Virus record (IMG/VR): IMGVR_UViG_3300017783_000023 | Location: 1 to 57,229 of that record | Length of the DNA stretch: 57,229 bases | Origin: a virus | Taxonomy: Duplodnaviria > Caudoviricetes | Strand: one strand, 5' to 3' | Shown: positions 17,441 through 26,700 of the stretch, piece by piece | Layout of the letters: each line of letters starts with the position of its first letter | How positions within the stretch are numbered: position 1 is the first letter of the stretch | Position numbers and translations under genes: made by a program | The notes under the pieces: generated by a model | Database searches by the model: none | Told to the model about the DNA's origin: nothing | The model's input: only the letters and a program-made list of their open reading frames with translations

Positions 17441-17873
17441 GAGTTATTCTGGTAAGTATAGGCCATCAAATAGACATAAGTATAGAGGTGATTCCACCAA
17501 TATTATTTATAGGTCTTTGTGGGAAAGAAAATTTATGGTCTGGTGTGACAAGAATGAAAATGTCATGGAATGGGGCAGTGAAGAGATAGTTATCCCATAC
17601 ATCAGTCCCGTAGACAATAGAATTCATCGGTATTTCCCTGATTTCTATGTGAAAGCAAGGACTAAGGCGGATCGAGTTAAAAAATATATCATTGAGGTAA
17701 AACCTAAGGCACAATGTCTCCCCCCAAAGAGACAACGCAAAGTTACAAAAAGTTATCTCACTGAGGTAAAGACCTTTGGTGTGAATCAGGCAAAGTGGAA
17801 AGCTGCCAAAGAGTATTGTAAGGACCGAAGAATGGAGTTTCTTATTCTCACAGAAAAAGAGTTAAACGTATGA
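17439..17873 (+). CDS. gp4: head completion nuclease gp4
   Basis: YSGKYRPSN..KY.GD..NIIYRSLWER, WGSEE, HRYFPDF, IEVKP; start at ATG 17439. Confidence 0.93.
   Translation: MSYSGKYRPSNRHKYRGDSTNIIYRSLWERKFMVWCDKNENVMEWGSEEIVIPYISPVDNRIHRYFPDFYVKARTKADRVKKYIIEVKPKAQCLPPKRQRKVTKSYLTEVKTFGVNQAKWKAAKEYCKDRRMEFLILTEKELNV
17504..17511 (-). promoter_or_regulatory. late promoter for gp48-gp53, inside gp4
   Basis: TATTTATA on + strand equals TATAAATA on - strand. Confidence 0.6.
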
Positions 17874-18340
17874 GCATCTTTACTGATGTTAAAGATCTTG
17901 CCGAGGGCAAGAAAAAGTCTAAAGACTGGTATCGAAGTCAGGTAATGTATGGACTTGAGCCGTATACAGGCACATTTGAGGTAGGTGACATCATATTCTT
18001 TGCCTATTCTGCTGCAACAGAAAAGTTACAGTATTATGATAGATTTCCAATGGTCCAGATAGGTGATCAAGACGTTAAGAATCATCAATTTTCAGGAGGG
18101 AATGTACATTATCTACGTCCTTCTGCTAGAAGAAGTATATGCAATCAGTGGGCAGTAGGGTCTCCAGCATATCCTGCCCGTTGTCACCATAAATACTTTA
18201 TGTCAAATGCTACTAATGTATATACTGTTAAACCCATTGACCTTCAAAACATGACACCATTGCCATTAGAGCAATTCATGTTTAACGCAGCAGGAAGGTG
18301 GATGGAAGTTCCTAGCAGTTTTATCTGGAGTCGATCTTAA
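17870..18340 (+). CDS. gp2: DNA end protector protein gp2
   Basis: LQYYDRFP, GGNVHYL, HKYF, LPLEQF. Confidence 0.8.
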   Translation: MSIFTDVKDLAEGKKKSKDWYRSQVMYGLEPYTGTFEVGDIIFFAYSAATEKLQYYDRFPMVQIGDQDVKNHQFSGGNVHYLRPSARRSICNQWAVGSPAYPARCHHKYFMSNATNVYTVKPIDLQNMTPLPLEQFMFNAAGRWMEVPSSFIWSRS

Positions 18341-19072
18341 ATGTCGTTTAGAAATCCGAATAGTTTTACCAGATTTGCGGACTTGGTAACAAGTGGTGCA
18401 AAAGAACCAGCAAGGAATAATTTATACTCAGTAGATATTAGTATGCCAGCAATGCTTTTTGCTACAGGCAAAAATCCTGATTATAAAGAGCATTTTGAAT
18501 CAATTAATTACTTTGCAGATAATGTAACTCTGCCTGCCAGAAGAATTAAAACCGAATCTGTAAAAGATATCGGTATGCCTCGTGACTTTGCATATGGTCA
18601 GCAAAAGCAAGAGGTTAGATTCTCATTTATCATGACAAAAGACATGTATCATCGTGCTTTCTTTGAGACTTGGATGAATATGACTACTAATGATGCAGAG
18701 AATAGAGTCACATTTTATGATGAGTATACTGCCAATATCCAAATCCTGAAGTGGGAGTTAGGATCAAATGTTGTCCTTCAGAAAGAAGGAAAGAAAGGGA
18801 ATGTCAAATATAGAGCTAGACTGAATCAGTCTACTGCTGTATGGCAGATGTATGGTGCATATCCATTTGATATCTCTGCAATGACATTGAATAATGGTCC
18901 TGCAGATCTACTAAAGATTGATGTTGATTTTAAGTATGAAAGATTTAGATTCGATACTGTCAGCGTGGGTAGTTTCAAAAAGAATGCCAAGGATAAGATA
19001 ATTGGCAATTTAAACAAATTTGATCAACTGATCAAGAAGAGTCAAGTGGACGCACAATTCTATGGTATCTAA
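18341..19072 (+). CDS. gp54: baseplate tail-tube initiator (gp54-like, tube fold)
   Basis: ARNNLYSV, VTLPAR, FFETWMN, FYDEY, AYP..ISAMTL, VDFKY; synteny. Confidence 0.6.
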   Translation: MSFRNPNSFTRFADLVTSGAKEPARNNLYSVDISMPAMLFATGKNPDYKEHFESINYFADNVTLPARRIKTESVKDIGMPRDFAYGQQKQEVRFSFIMTKDMYHRAFFETWMNMTTNDAENRVTFYDEYTANIQILKWELGSNVVLQKEGKKGNVKYRARLNQSTAVWQMYGAYPFDISAMTLNNGPADLLKIDVDFKYERFRFDTVSVGSFKKNAKDKIIGNLNKFDQLIKKSQVDAQFYGI

Positions 19073-19105
19073 GTGACTAAATAATTTCAATAGTCATGGA
19101 GTATT

Positions 19106-19810
19106 ATGCCTTTACCATCACTCGCTATTCCCGAGTATGATCTGAAACTTCCTATCACAGGAACTGAAGTTAAGTATCGCCCCTTCCTCGTTAAGGAAGA
19201 AAAACTGTTGTATCTCGCTATGGAGTCGCAAGACGACAAGCAGATGATTAAGGCAGTCAAGACCATCATCAAAAACTGCACCAATCTGAAAGGTAAGGTT
19301 GAAGATCTCGCAACATTTGAGATTGAATACATCTTCCTTCGCATTCGTGCTACTGCTGTTGGTGAAATTAGTGAATTTAAAGTCACTTGTCCTGATGATA
19401 ATGAAACTCAAGTAGAAGTCCAAGTGCCTCTACAATTAATTGAAGTCGTTATTCCTGCAGATCATGAGAAGAAAATTCTTCTGGATGGTAATGTGGGTAT
19501 CGTTATGAAATATCCATCAATTGATGTGTTTATCAGTCAGAATATGTCGGATGAACCTGGTATTGAGGACATCTTTGAGTTGGCAGCAGGTTGTATACAA
19601 AGTGTATACGACAAAGAGGAAGTTTATGACAACTTCACTAAAAAAGAAGCACTCGACTTCTTAGAAACTCTCAATTCTGAGCAGTTTGGTAAGGTGCAGA
19701 AATTCTTTGAAACCATGCCTAAACTGTCATACACTTTGGAAATTGTTAATCCAAATACAAAAGTTGTATCTGATGTCGTATTAGAAGGACTTGCAAGTTT
19801 TTTCGCATAG
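19106..19810 (+). CDS. gp26: baseplate hub assembly protein gp26
   Basis: MPLP...YRPFLVKEEK, FEIEYIFLRIR...GE, CPDD, MKYPS, FFETMPKL, LEGLASFF; CTAAATA at 19077-19083. Confidence 0.92.
   Translation: MPLPSLAIPEYDLKLPITGTEVKYRPFLVKEEKLLYLAMESQDDKQMIKAVKTIIKNCTNLKGKVEDLATFEIEYIFLRIRATAVGEISEFKVTCPDDNETQVEVQVPLQLIEVVIPADHEKKILLDGNVGIVMKYPSIDVFISQNMSDEPGIEDIFELAAGCIQSVYDKEEVYDNFTKKEALDFLETLNSEQFGKVQKFFETMPKLSYTLEIVNPNTKVVSDVVLEGLASFFA
19798..19804 (+). other. putative -1 programmed frameshift site (T TTT TTC) linking gp26 to the gp51 frame
   Basis: In-phase X XXY YYZ heptamer one sense codon before the gp26 stop; -1 frame is open through to 20001. Confidence 0.6.
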
Positions 19811-19860
19811 CCCTCCTGCACGATAGTCTTGAAAACTACTATAAGACCAACTTTGCCTTA

Positions 19861-20001
19861 ATGCAGCACCACAAGTATTCACTAACCGAGTTGGAGAATA
19901 TGATACCGTGGGAAAGAGATGTATACGTGAATCTCCTCTTAGCTTTCATAGCAGAAGAGGAGAGAAGGCAAAAAAACGATGAATCACGCATGTCTCTCTA
20001 A
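19861..20001 (+). CDS. gp51: gp51-like baseplate hub assembly catalyst (frame open from 19774; probably made as a gp26 frameshift fusion)
   Basis: SLENYYKTNFALMQHHKYSLTELENMIPWERDVYVNLL; not in ORF track. Confidence 0.85.
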   Translation: MQHHKYSLTELENMIPWERDVYVNLLLAFIAEEERRQKNDESRMSL

Positions 20002-21035
20002 TGGCAAATATCCGCACATTTGTTAAAATTAGACCTATCAAAACTAAATCCTCAACAGGATTAGGTTTTAATAAGATTAGATTGTCTATCAATCGTCTGG
20101 GGACGGCAACAAATAGCATTGCTGACAGTTTTCATCAGACAACAGAGTTAATTAGATTTGAAAATGAATTCTTATCTAAATCTTCTAGAACTCAAATAGA
20201 AGATGTTGAAGAGGAAGGTAAAGAGAAAAAGTCACTTTTTGCCAGGGCAGCAACTAAACTTCGTAAAAAGTTTAGAAAAACTAAACGAGATAAGCAAGAG
20301 ACCTCATCAGAGGCAGAAAAAGGTAGCAAAAAAGGAGAAAAAGACGCAAAGAAAAGGTTTGAGGAAATAAAGAAACCTTTTGAAGGATTTCTGCAAGGAA
20401 TTGCGGGTCTTTTTGGAAACTTGATCATGTTTGCCATAACTTATGGTGCTCTTGATTGGTTAAGTAACAAACAAAATGCCGAAAATGCCACAAAGGTGGT
20501 CAGACTAATATGGCATATTGGTAAGTTTGGTTATTGGTTAGCAAAGAATAGTATTGGTTTAATACTAGACGGTCTGACTAATGTTATCGGAGATTTCGGT
20601 AATGAAGGTGCAATTAGGCGATCGTTTAGATTCATGCTTGGTGCCTTCCAAATGTTGGGGGGTATTGCTGCGCTGAGGACAGCACAGTATTTAATTATGC
20701 CTTGGAAGTTGATGAAGGACATCAACTTACTGAGAACTGTATTTGGAGCACAAGCACAGACTCAGGCAGAGGTAGAAGAAAGCACTAGGATAAGAAAGAC
20801 TGGATATAGAGATACTAAGACAGGTGTAATATATTCAGAAGAAGAATATAAACAAATGAAGAAGTCTGCCGCAAAGGCAGACGCTAAGAGAGCACGTAAA
20901 GCAGGTAAGGGGATGTCCTCTGACCTGTATCAAGGTGAAGTTGATAAGAGATTTGTAAGTCAGTTTGATGGGAAGAAGAAGAATAAACTAGCACAACGTG
21001 CCCGTATTGGGATGAAGCGTGCGGGAAACCCATGA
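20001..21035 (+). CDS. tape-measure-like tail protein, N-terminal part
   Basis: Basic coiled coil plus hydrophobic helices; resembles the N-half of 23777..27097. Confidence 0.65.
   Translation: MANIRTFVKIRPIKTKSSTGLGFNKIRLSINRLGTATNSIADSFHQTTELIRFENEFLSKSSRTQIEDVEEEGKEKKSLFARAATKLRKKFRKTKRDKQETSSEAEKGSKKGEKDAKKRFEEIKKPFEGFLQGIAGLFGNLIMFAITYGALDWLSNKQNAENATKVVRLIWHIGKFGYWLAKNSIGLILDGLTNVIGDFGNEGAIRRSFRFMLGAFQMLGGIAALRTAQYLIMPWKLMKDINLLRTVFGAQAQTQAEVEESTRIRKTGYRDTKTGVIYSEEEYKQMKKSAAKADAKRARKAGKGMSSDLYQGEVDKRFVSQFDGKKKNKLAQRARIGMKRAGNP
21023..21029 (+). other. putative -1 slippery site G GGA AAC joining 20001..21035 to 21032..23773
   Basis: In-phase heptamer one sense codon before the stop; -1 frame runs into the next ORF. 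Confidence 0.4.
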
Positions 21036-23773
21036 AGGGTGCTTTCCGCAAGATTGGTAAGTTTGCTAAGGCAAACCCTGGTAAGGTAGCGGGTGGACTT
21101 AGTGTCCTTGGTGGAGGTATGAGAATTGCCTCAGGTCTTGCCATGGGTGAAAGTGCTGGCACTGCTGTCGGTGCTGGTGTGGGTCAGGCAGCTGGTGGTA
21201 TCATCGGTGGCATTGCTGGCACAGCACTACTAGGACCATTCCTTGGACCATTTGCGCCCATTGTAGGTAATGCAATTGGTGGTTTCCTGGGTGAATTTGT
21301 TGGTAGTAAGATAGGTCCAATTATAGAACCTATCTTCGAACCTATTGGAAGATACTTCCAGATGATATTCAAGGTTATTGGTGGTGCCTTTGGACCACTA
21401 TTCAATGACTTTGGAGAGATGTTTGGAGCACTCTTTGACTTCATTGGGCAACTTGCCAAGATGTTGTTTAAAGTTGCTGATATATTCTTCCAATTCCATA
21501 AGTTTGTATTCGGTCTTGCTGCTAATGCTCTTGGTAAAACAATTGGTTTCATTGTTAACAATGTTAAACGATTAACAAATCCTGCTAGCGTTGGTAAAGG
21601 TATTGCCGATGCCCTCACATTAAACCTATTTGACTTTGATGGTGAGAATAAGAAAGCAGCAGGTGGACCTGTTGAGATGAAATCTGGTGGTGCTCTATCA
21701 TTTGGTAGTCACCCTGATATGCTGGCAGCAACTGGAGGAATTCTACTCCAATCAATTGTCGGTGGATTTAAGAATTTTGGATTTGTTGGCAGTAAAGTCC
21801 TACAATTGATGTCAGGTGATGTCAATAAGATTAGTGGAATACTTGGAACTAAAGTCAATTCAAGCAGTGGATCAGGATCAAAACTTGGCAATAGTTTATC
21901 ACTAGATACATCTACATCATCTACAACTAAGGTTGCTGCTGTTGCTAACAATCTGTCGTATAAGAAGAATGTCCATGATGCTATTAAGAAGGGTCTAAAT
22001 GGTGTCCTGATAGCAGGAATCAAACTATTTGATCCTGAGGCAGCAAAAGCAATAGAGCAGAGAGTTAGCCCTGGTGGTGGCGGTGGCACTGGCGGTGGTG
22101 GTGGCACTGGCGGTGGTGGTGGAGGAGGTACATCACCATCTGGTCCTAGTGGATTTACAGGTAGTAATGGTGCAACAGGTAGTGAGAATGAGAAGGCATT
22201 ACTGAATGCTATTGCAGATGCTGAGGGCACAACTAAGTATCCCAATGATGGATATAATACTCAGTATACTGGTAAGCAATTTTCAGGCGATAACCATCCT
22301 AGAGAGATTCTTGGTCCCTCTCGTCTAAGGTCTGACGCTGCTGGTAGATATCAATTCTTATCTACTACTTGGGATAGTGTAATGGGTGATCCTATTACAC
22401 CACAAAGACAAGACCAAGGTGCCCTGAAACTTGCCAGTGGACGTGGTGTTGATATTAGTGGTGGTCTCTCACTCTCAGAGATCTATAAATTAGGTGGTGA
22501 GTGGGCATCTATTGAAGGTGGACCACAAATGAGGAAGGGTGGTGGATACGGTGGTCAAGCAAAGTATTCCGCTGAAACCTTCCTTGGGATGTATGAAAAG
22601 TATGGTGGTAAACCTGCTGAGATGTCTAAGGGTGGGATCGTCTACCAACTGTTGGATGCTGGTGGTGAAGTAGATGAGAATGGTTTACCTAAAGATCCTA
22701 AGATGCTTGAGCGTCTGAAAAGATCTAAAGAAGGGATGCAGAAAATGGCATCTGGTGGTCAATTAGATAAACTTGACTTTGCTAAAGGTGCAAAAACTGC
22801 AAACACTGCACGAGGAATGTGTGTTGCTGGTGTTATCTACACTGCTGAAGCAAACGGTGCCATGCTTGGAGCACCTGAAGTATCTGGTGGTGTAGATCCA
22901 AACAACCACCCAAGAGGTTTGATGGCATGGGCAGTTAAGAAAGGATATGGATCTGTCCCTGGCACTAAAGGTAAACCAAGAAACATCAATGGTGCGTTTG
23001 GTAACTTTGGTGTAACCTCTATGTCGGAGAGTGAATGGGGAGATGCTGTAGTTGAAGGTAAGATTCCTAATGGATCTCTGATCTTTAACACTAGACATGG
23101 TTGGGATTGGAATGGTGGATCTAGCGGTAATGATGCTGCTATTGCTCAAGATGGCGGGTCAAAGCTTTGGAGTGGTCACTGGCAATATGATTTCCAACAT
23201 AAAGGAAAAACAGTTGGTGGTGTCTATAGTGATGTAAAAGAGATTGTTGCCCTTACACACCCCCAAGGTAATACTGCAGCACATGACGGATTAGCGTCTT
23301 CTGCTGGTGCTGAAAATGCTAATAATTCAGGTAGTCCTAAGCGTGGTGCTGCAGGCGGTGATGCTGGTGGTGCTGAGGCTAAACCAAAGACTATTGACGA
23401 GATGCTAGCAGACTTTAAGACTGGTTTAGCAGCTGCACTAACTAAGTTTGGTAAGGTAAGGAATGCTTCAAGCAGTCCTCCAGTACCTGCTCCTGCATCT
23501 GATACAGTAACTAAAATTGATCCTAGCACCGCACCAATAAGTGGTGCCACACCAGTTAGTGCCAGTAACTTAGAGCAACTCTCTGCAATTAGAGACAAAG
23601 CGACTAAAGATCTAACTGTTATTGCTGATAAGGCAAGACGTGATGAGGAGAAGAATCAGATTCTTCCCATAGTTAAGATTCAACCAGTAGTCCAAAAGAT
23701 TAGTCAACCTATAAATACTGGTGGGGGATCTCAGGCAGTATATGCTAAACCTTCCCAACTGCTGACTCAGTGA
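21032..23773 (+). CDS. tape-measure-like tail protein, C-terminal part, with lambda-R-type (GH104) muramidase domain
   Basis: Gly/Ala hydrophobic helices; ALLNAIADAEGT...SDAAGRYQFLSTTW...QDQGAL...EWASI. Confidence 0.75.
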   Translation: MKGAFRKIGKFAKANPGKVAGGLSVLGGGMRIASGLAMGESAGTAVGAGVGQAAGGIIGGIAGTALLGPFLGPFAPIVGNAIGGFLGEFVGSKIGPIIEPIFEPIGRYFQMIFKVIGGAFGPLFNDFGEMFGALFDFIGQLAKMLFKVADIFFQFHKFVFGLAANALGKTIGFIVNNVKRLTNPASVGKGIADALTLNLFDFDGENKKAAGGPVEMKSGGALSFGSHPDMLAATGGILLQSIVGGFKNFGFVGSKVLQLMSGDVNKISGILGTKVNSSSGSGSKLGNSLSLDTSTSSTTKVAAVANNLSYKKNVHDAIKKGLNGVLIAGIKLFDPEAAKAIEQRVSPGGGGGTGGGGGTGGGGGGGTSPSGPSGFTGSNGATGSENEKALLNAIADAEGTTKYPNDGYNTQYTGKQFSGDNHPREILGPSRLRSDAAGRYQFLSTTWDSVMGDPITPQRQDQGALKLASGRGVDISGGLSLSEIYKLGGEWASIEGGPQMRKGGGYGGQAKYSAETFLGMYEKYGGKPAEMSKGGIVYQLLDAGGEVDENGLPKDPKMLERLKRSKEGMQKMASGGQLDKLDFAKGAKTANTARGMCVAGVIYTAEANGAMLGAPEVSGGVDPNNHPRGLMAWAVKKGYGSVPGTKGKPRNINGAFGNFGVTSMSESEWGDAVVEGKIPNGSLIFNTRHGWDWNGGSSGNDAAIAQDGGSKLWSGHWQYDFQHKGKTVGGVYSDVKEIVALTHPQGNTAAHDGLASSAGAENANNSGSPKRGAAGGDAGGAEAKPKTIDEMLADFKTGLAAALTKFGKVRNASSSPPVPAPASDTVTKIDPSTAPISGATPVSASNLEQLSAIRDKATKDLTVIADKARRDEEKNQILPIVKIQPVVQKISQPINTGGGSQAVYAKPSQLLTQ

Positions 23774-23776
23774 TAG

Positions 23777-26700
23777 ATGGCAAACACACCTACAGTTAAC
23801 GTAACAAGGGCAAAACTCTATAAGATGGTCTCTTTTAAAGGGACTACGAAGGGAGGTAAGACGAAATACACAGCACTGACTGTAGCAAATGAGTTTGGAG
23901 ACTATGTAGAGTCTCAAAATGAAGGTTTCTCTGCAGTTATTAGAGGTATTAACTCTCTAGGTGCATCTATTAATGGCATCAGTCTCCAAGTGCAGGAGAT
24001 GGCAAATGCAATGAAGAGTAAGATCTCTTCAGGGATTGCTGCTGAAGCATTACTTGACAAGGCAAAACAAAAAGAGAAGCAAGCAGAAAATCAACGAAAG
24101 AAGATAGAAGAGGCAGCACTAAAAAGAAAAGAAGCAAAAGAGAAGAGAGGAGAAAAAGAAGATAACTCCGAAAAGAAAGAGGGAAAAGAAAAGCAGAGTG
24201 TTGCTAAAACATTTAGGGAGAATACTAAGAAAGCATTTGGTGGACTATTCTCAGGTCTAGTTAAGATCGCGGGGATGTTGTTTAAACTCTTCATTGCGTT
24301 TGGTGTCTTAGATTGGGTATCTAAAAATCCAGATAAGGTGGAGAAAATTGCCAAGGGGTTATTCTCTTTAGGTAAGTTTTTCTTTAATATTGCAGGATTC
24401 TTAGCAGGAAATGCTCTGGATGGACTGATTAGTTTCTTAGAGAATCCTATCTCGCTAAAAGGATTCCTAGGTGCAGTGCAATTTGTGCTCGCTGCTGCCC
24501 CAATATTCATTGGATTAGCATTCCTCAAGAATCCTCTAGCAACTGCTAAGGCAGTCGGTTGGGTTGTTAGTTCCTTAGCGAAAGGCATCCTAAACATCAA
24601 AGCAGCGGCGCTGTTTGGTGATAAGATAAAGAAATTTGCAGGCACTAAATTAGGTAAGGTTGCCTTTGCTGGCGGTGCTGGAATAGCATCGTTTGCAGCA
24701 AGTAAAGCAAGTGGTGCTGATACTGGGGAAGCACTTAGTGCTGGTGTTGGTGGTGCTGCTGGTTTTGCTGCTGGAGCTGCTCTTGGTGAGGCAACTGGGA
24801 TCCCTGGTGCTGGTGCTATCGCAGGTGCCGCAGGTGCATTTGTAGGAAGTAAAGCGGGTGGTGCTATTGGTGGGTTTATGAAACCCATCTTTGATCCCAT
24901 CGGTAGATTCTTCAATATGGTGGGAAAGGTCTTCAATGACGTTTTAGCACCAATTAAAGATAGTCTCAGTGAATTCTTTGAGGCACTTGGTAGTGTAATG
25001 AATGGGGTGCTTGATGTAGTCGAGCCTCACCTCCCATTGATTACAAATATCCTTGGGGTTGGACTTAAGGTAATGTTTGCGCCATTGTGGTTAGGCATCA
25101 AAGCATTAACTACTGTCTTAAGATTCTTCGCACCAAAAGAAAGCGATACCCCTGAGAAGAAAGATGATGCTCCTGGGAAGTCTGCAGGAGGGAAAGTAAG
25201 GACTTCTGCTCGTGGGAGTCGTGGGAGAGCAGCAGGAGGACCTGTAAGAAGTCCTAAACGTGTTACCCCTAAGATGGCATCTGGAGGGTCTTTCAACCTC
25301 CAAGGAGAGATGCAGAAGCAACTGCAAAGGACTGTCAAAGTTAGTAAAGCATTTGGTAGTCTGATGCTGTTGCCATTTAAGGCAATGGGTATCGGAATCC
25401 TTACTGCTATCGGAATGATTGGTAAGGTGTTTGGTAGATTTATTCCAGCACCAATGAAGACATTGATGGGAGCAATGATTGCCCCTCTTGCCAATATTTT
25501 TGGCATTCCAATGTCTGTTGTTGGTGGAAGCGGTGGTGGTGAAGATGTAGCAACAGAGGATAAGAAAGATCCTGCCAAACTAGGCAAGAAGATGTCTTGG
25601 GAAGACAAGATATTTGAGGCAATCGCTGGTGATGACGGCACTATTGCACTGTTTGGTAAACTATTTGAAGCAATTACTAATCACCCAATCTTTAAGGGAG
25701 TTTCCGCAGTTGCTTCAGGATTCTTAGGTTTCTTAGGTTTCTCTGAAGGTGGTCAAGTGCCACAACCATTTCCATCACATGGTAGATCTCCAGGTAGAGC
25801 AAGTGGTGGATGGATCAGTGGACCTCAATCTGGTTATCCAGTATCACTTGATGGTGGTGCTTCAACATCATTTATTGGTCATGGCACTGAGTGGGTTGGA
25901 ATGAAAGGATTCGCAGGCGGTGGTGCATTTGTTGTGCCATTTGATACTCCTGCAACTAAACAGAATCCGAATCTAACTTCAAAGAGAATGGGAGAAGCAT
26001 CAGCAGGTGGATATGCAATGCCATTCAGTGTAGGTGGACCTGTTAATCAACCTATTCACCATTCATTCAGTGTACCTAGACCATTCAGTGTAGGTGGACC
26101 TGTAACATCGATTTCTAATGCGGTGTATCTACCTAAGTTTTCTGAGGGTGGCGAATTAAAACCAACTGGAAAGTTTGATCCTGAAGAGTATGCTAAAAAT
26201 TCATTCCAGGCAAACCGAGTCGTCCTAAATGATAAGTCATACTATACAACATATGCGTATGATGATAAGACTAAGGAAGTCGCTATCAAGTCAATGTCTA
26301 AGAGGACAAAGGCAGCGAATCTATTCGGGCAAGGTGAGGAAAGAGTTCCCATTCAACCAGGTAGTCCTGAATTTGAGTCAGTGATGAAGAGTGGCGGTCT
26401 TAAGTTAGACATTCAAGAGCGTCATGGCAAGAGAGGACTTCAAGGAGAGAAATCACTTGCAAATATTACAAAGATAAATGTCCACCCTGAAGCAGAGCGA
26501 GCATTTTACTACCGTAAATCTTTCAAAGATCACAAAGCAGAGTGGTTGAAGAAGGGTGTTAGTGAAGATAAAGCTAATCAATTAGCAGCAAGTGCTGCTG
26601 CTACAGGTGTGCAGATTGATCCTAAGAAGAAACAATCAGTTAAGGCAGGCGTAGAAGACAATCCATACTCAGCACCTGCAAGTATGGAAAATAATGTTGT

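Noticed and set aside
22072-22130. ggtggcactggcggtggt tandem repeats as a DNA-level element
   Set aside because: Explained by a poly-Gly/Thr linker before the muramidase domain
24091-25641. Long minus-strand ORFs (281 and 204 aa), and similar ones at 21184-22245 and 29704-30468
   Set aside because: Antisense shadows of Gly/Ala-rich genes; low-complexity Pro/Ala translations without SD or promoter
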